A stretch of 64,000 nt of DNA from an uncultured Myxococcales bacterium. Lineage in GTDB: Bacteria; Myxococcota_A; Polyangia; Polyangiales; Houyiibacteriaceae. The translations under genes were made by a program, and so were the position numbers. Under the pieces are notes generated by a model. The model was given only the letters and a program-made list of their open reading frames with translations, did not search any database and was not told the origin of the DNA. Positions 63,154 through 64,000 of this stretch are shown one piece after another. The stretch is from NCBI GenBank assembly GCA_965601515.1, contig CBFCWN010000001.1, positions 64,069-128,068 on the forward strand, given 5' to 3'. Positions within the stretch are counted from its first letter, which is position 1; every line of letters begins with the position of its first letter.

Positions 63154-63993
63154 CTACCCCGCCAAGAACCCGGCCATCAGCCTTCCCACCGTCTCCGGAT
63201 CGTCTTCCTGAAGAAAGTGCCCACAGTTGGGCAACGCGGTGAGTTCGGCGTTTGGGAAAGTGCTCTTCAGGCGAGACATCGTCTTTGCAACGTCGGGAAG
63301 GATGCGATCCTGCTCCCCGTAGATGAGGCGCACTTCGCCCTCGTAGTGAGGGAGCTCACGGGCGATTTTGGCGAGGCCACCAACGCCGAGACTGCCGCCC
63401 GCTTTGATGAGTGCCTTGCGCGCGGCGGAGCTTACGAACGGCGCCGTGTATGGCGTGAGAACCTCGCGGGTCATGAGGGCCTTGTTGGCGACGCCAAACT
63501 GCATGGAGCCGACGAGTCCCCTCTGACTCACGAGAAAGTCGCGTACGCCGGGGGTCTTCATCGCAAGGAGGAACAGTTTCACGGCCCAGGATGTTTCGGG
63601 GTACGCGAGCGTGTTGAGGATGACGAGCTTCTTGACTCGCGCTGGGCGCCGAAGCATCCAGTACAACCCGACCGGCCCACCGAGGTCGTGAACGCAAAGG
63701 TTGAGGTCCTCAATGCCGAGGGTGTCGAGGAACGCGTCGAGCGTGTCCGCGAAAAACTCGTAGTCGTAAGGGGCGTCGAGTGGTTTGCCGGAAAGACCGT
63801 ATCCCGGAAGGTCAGGAGCGATGGCGCGGCGTGCGGCACCGAGGATGGGGAGGATGTTGCGATAGAGGTGAGAGCTGGTCGGGAAGCCGTGGAGGAGGAT
63901 GGTCGGCGGATAGGCGGACTCTGTCTGACCCGATTCCAAGTAGTGGAGGTCGATCGCGTTCGCGGTCAGACGGTGCGAGGACGGCTTGGTCAT
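63154..63993 (-). CDS. alpha/beta hydrolase, haloalkane dehalogenase / epoxide hydrolase-like (Asp nucleophile)
   Basis: ILLHGFPTSSHLYRNILP...APDLPGYGLSGKP...LCVHDLGGPVGL...PNCGHFLQEDDPE. Confidence 0.85.
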   Translation of the reverse strand: MTKPSSHRLTANAIDLHYLESGQTESAYPPTILLHGFPTSSHLYRNILPILGAARRAIAPDLPGYGLSGKPLDAPYDYEFFADTLDAFLDTLGIEDLNLCVHDLGGPVGLYWMLRRPARVKKLVILNTLAYPETSWAVKLFLLAMKTPGVRDFLVSQRGLVGSMQFGVANKALMTREVLTPYTAPFVSSAARKALIKAGGSLGVGGLAKIARELPHYEGEVRLIYGEQDRILPDVAKTMSRLKSTFPNAELTALPNCGHFLQEDDPETVGRLMAGFLAG

Positions 63994-64000
63994 TCCCTTG

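Noticed and set aside
1-64000. Searched for CRISPR arrays, tRNA/rRNA genes, transposases, integrases, toxin-antitoxin pairs and known defence-system genes.
   Set aside because: I found no spaced direct-repeat arrays, no GGTTCGAATCC-type T-arms, and no DDE or tyrosine/serine recombinase, RT, nuclease-helicase or other defence signatures in any credible ORF. The window looks like core chromosome.

Overview
This is a high-GC (roughly 65-67%), densely coding bacterial chromosome segment with about 63 protein genes on both strands. Nearly all are housekeeping or metabolic. In order: tkt (partial), pntAA-pntAB-pntB, dnaB, rplI-rpsR-rpsF, pth-rplY-prs, two atypical HTH regulators flanking a NUDIX gene, hisIE, cdnL, recA-cinA, an M16 peptidase pair, glmS, a lolA-like gene, argJ, secA, fur, two acyl-CoA dehydrogenases, argS, gpmI-ndh, a heme-related cluster (IsdG-like, SOUL, P450-globin-ferredoxin), tag, mscS, msrAB, a radical SAM/SPASM gene, a metX-metW fusion with metY, and a lone cysD. 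Several alpha/beta hydrolases and lipoproteins are interspersed. A short CdnL, many lipobox proteins, acidic or Ala/Pro-rich protein tails and a sigma-54-type promoter suggest a Myxococcota-like organism; this is inference only. I found no rRNA, tRNA, CRISPR array, transposase, integrase or recognisable defence system. Many long ORFs in the track are antisense or off-frame artefacts of the high GC content. The best candidate for something new is the largest gene-free gap (21923-22440). On its minus strand, an exact sigma-54 -24/-12 core and a textbook intrinsic terminator bracket a structured, unusually AT-rich, non-coding transcript of about 180 nt that I could not match to any RNA family I know. 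Other points worth a second look: dnaB appears to need an AUU start codon; a palindrome plus T-rich tail module occurs three times around an orphan cysD; a truncated globin sits between a P450 and its ferredoxin; msrAB, a methyltransferase, an HExxH protein and a radical SAM/SPASM gene form a tight operon; and two HTH regulators carry degenerate receiver domains.
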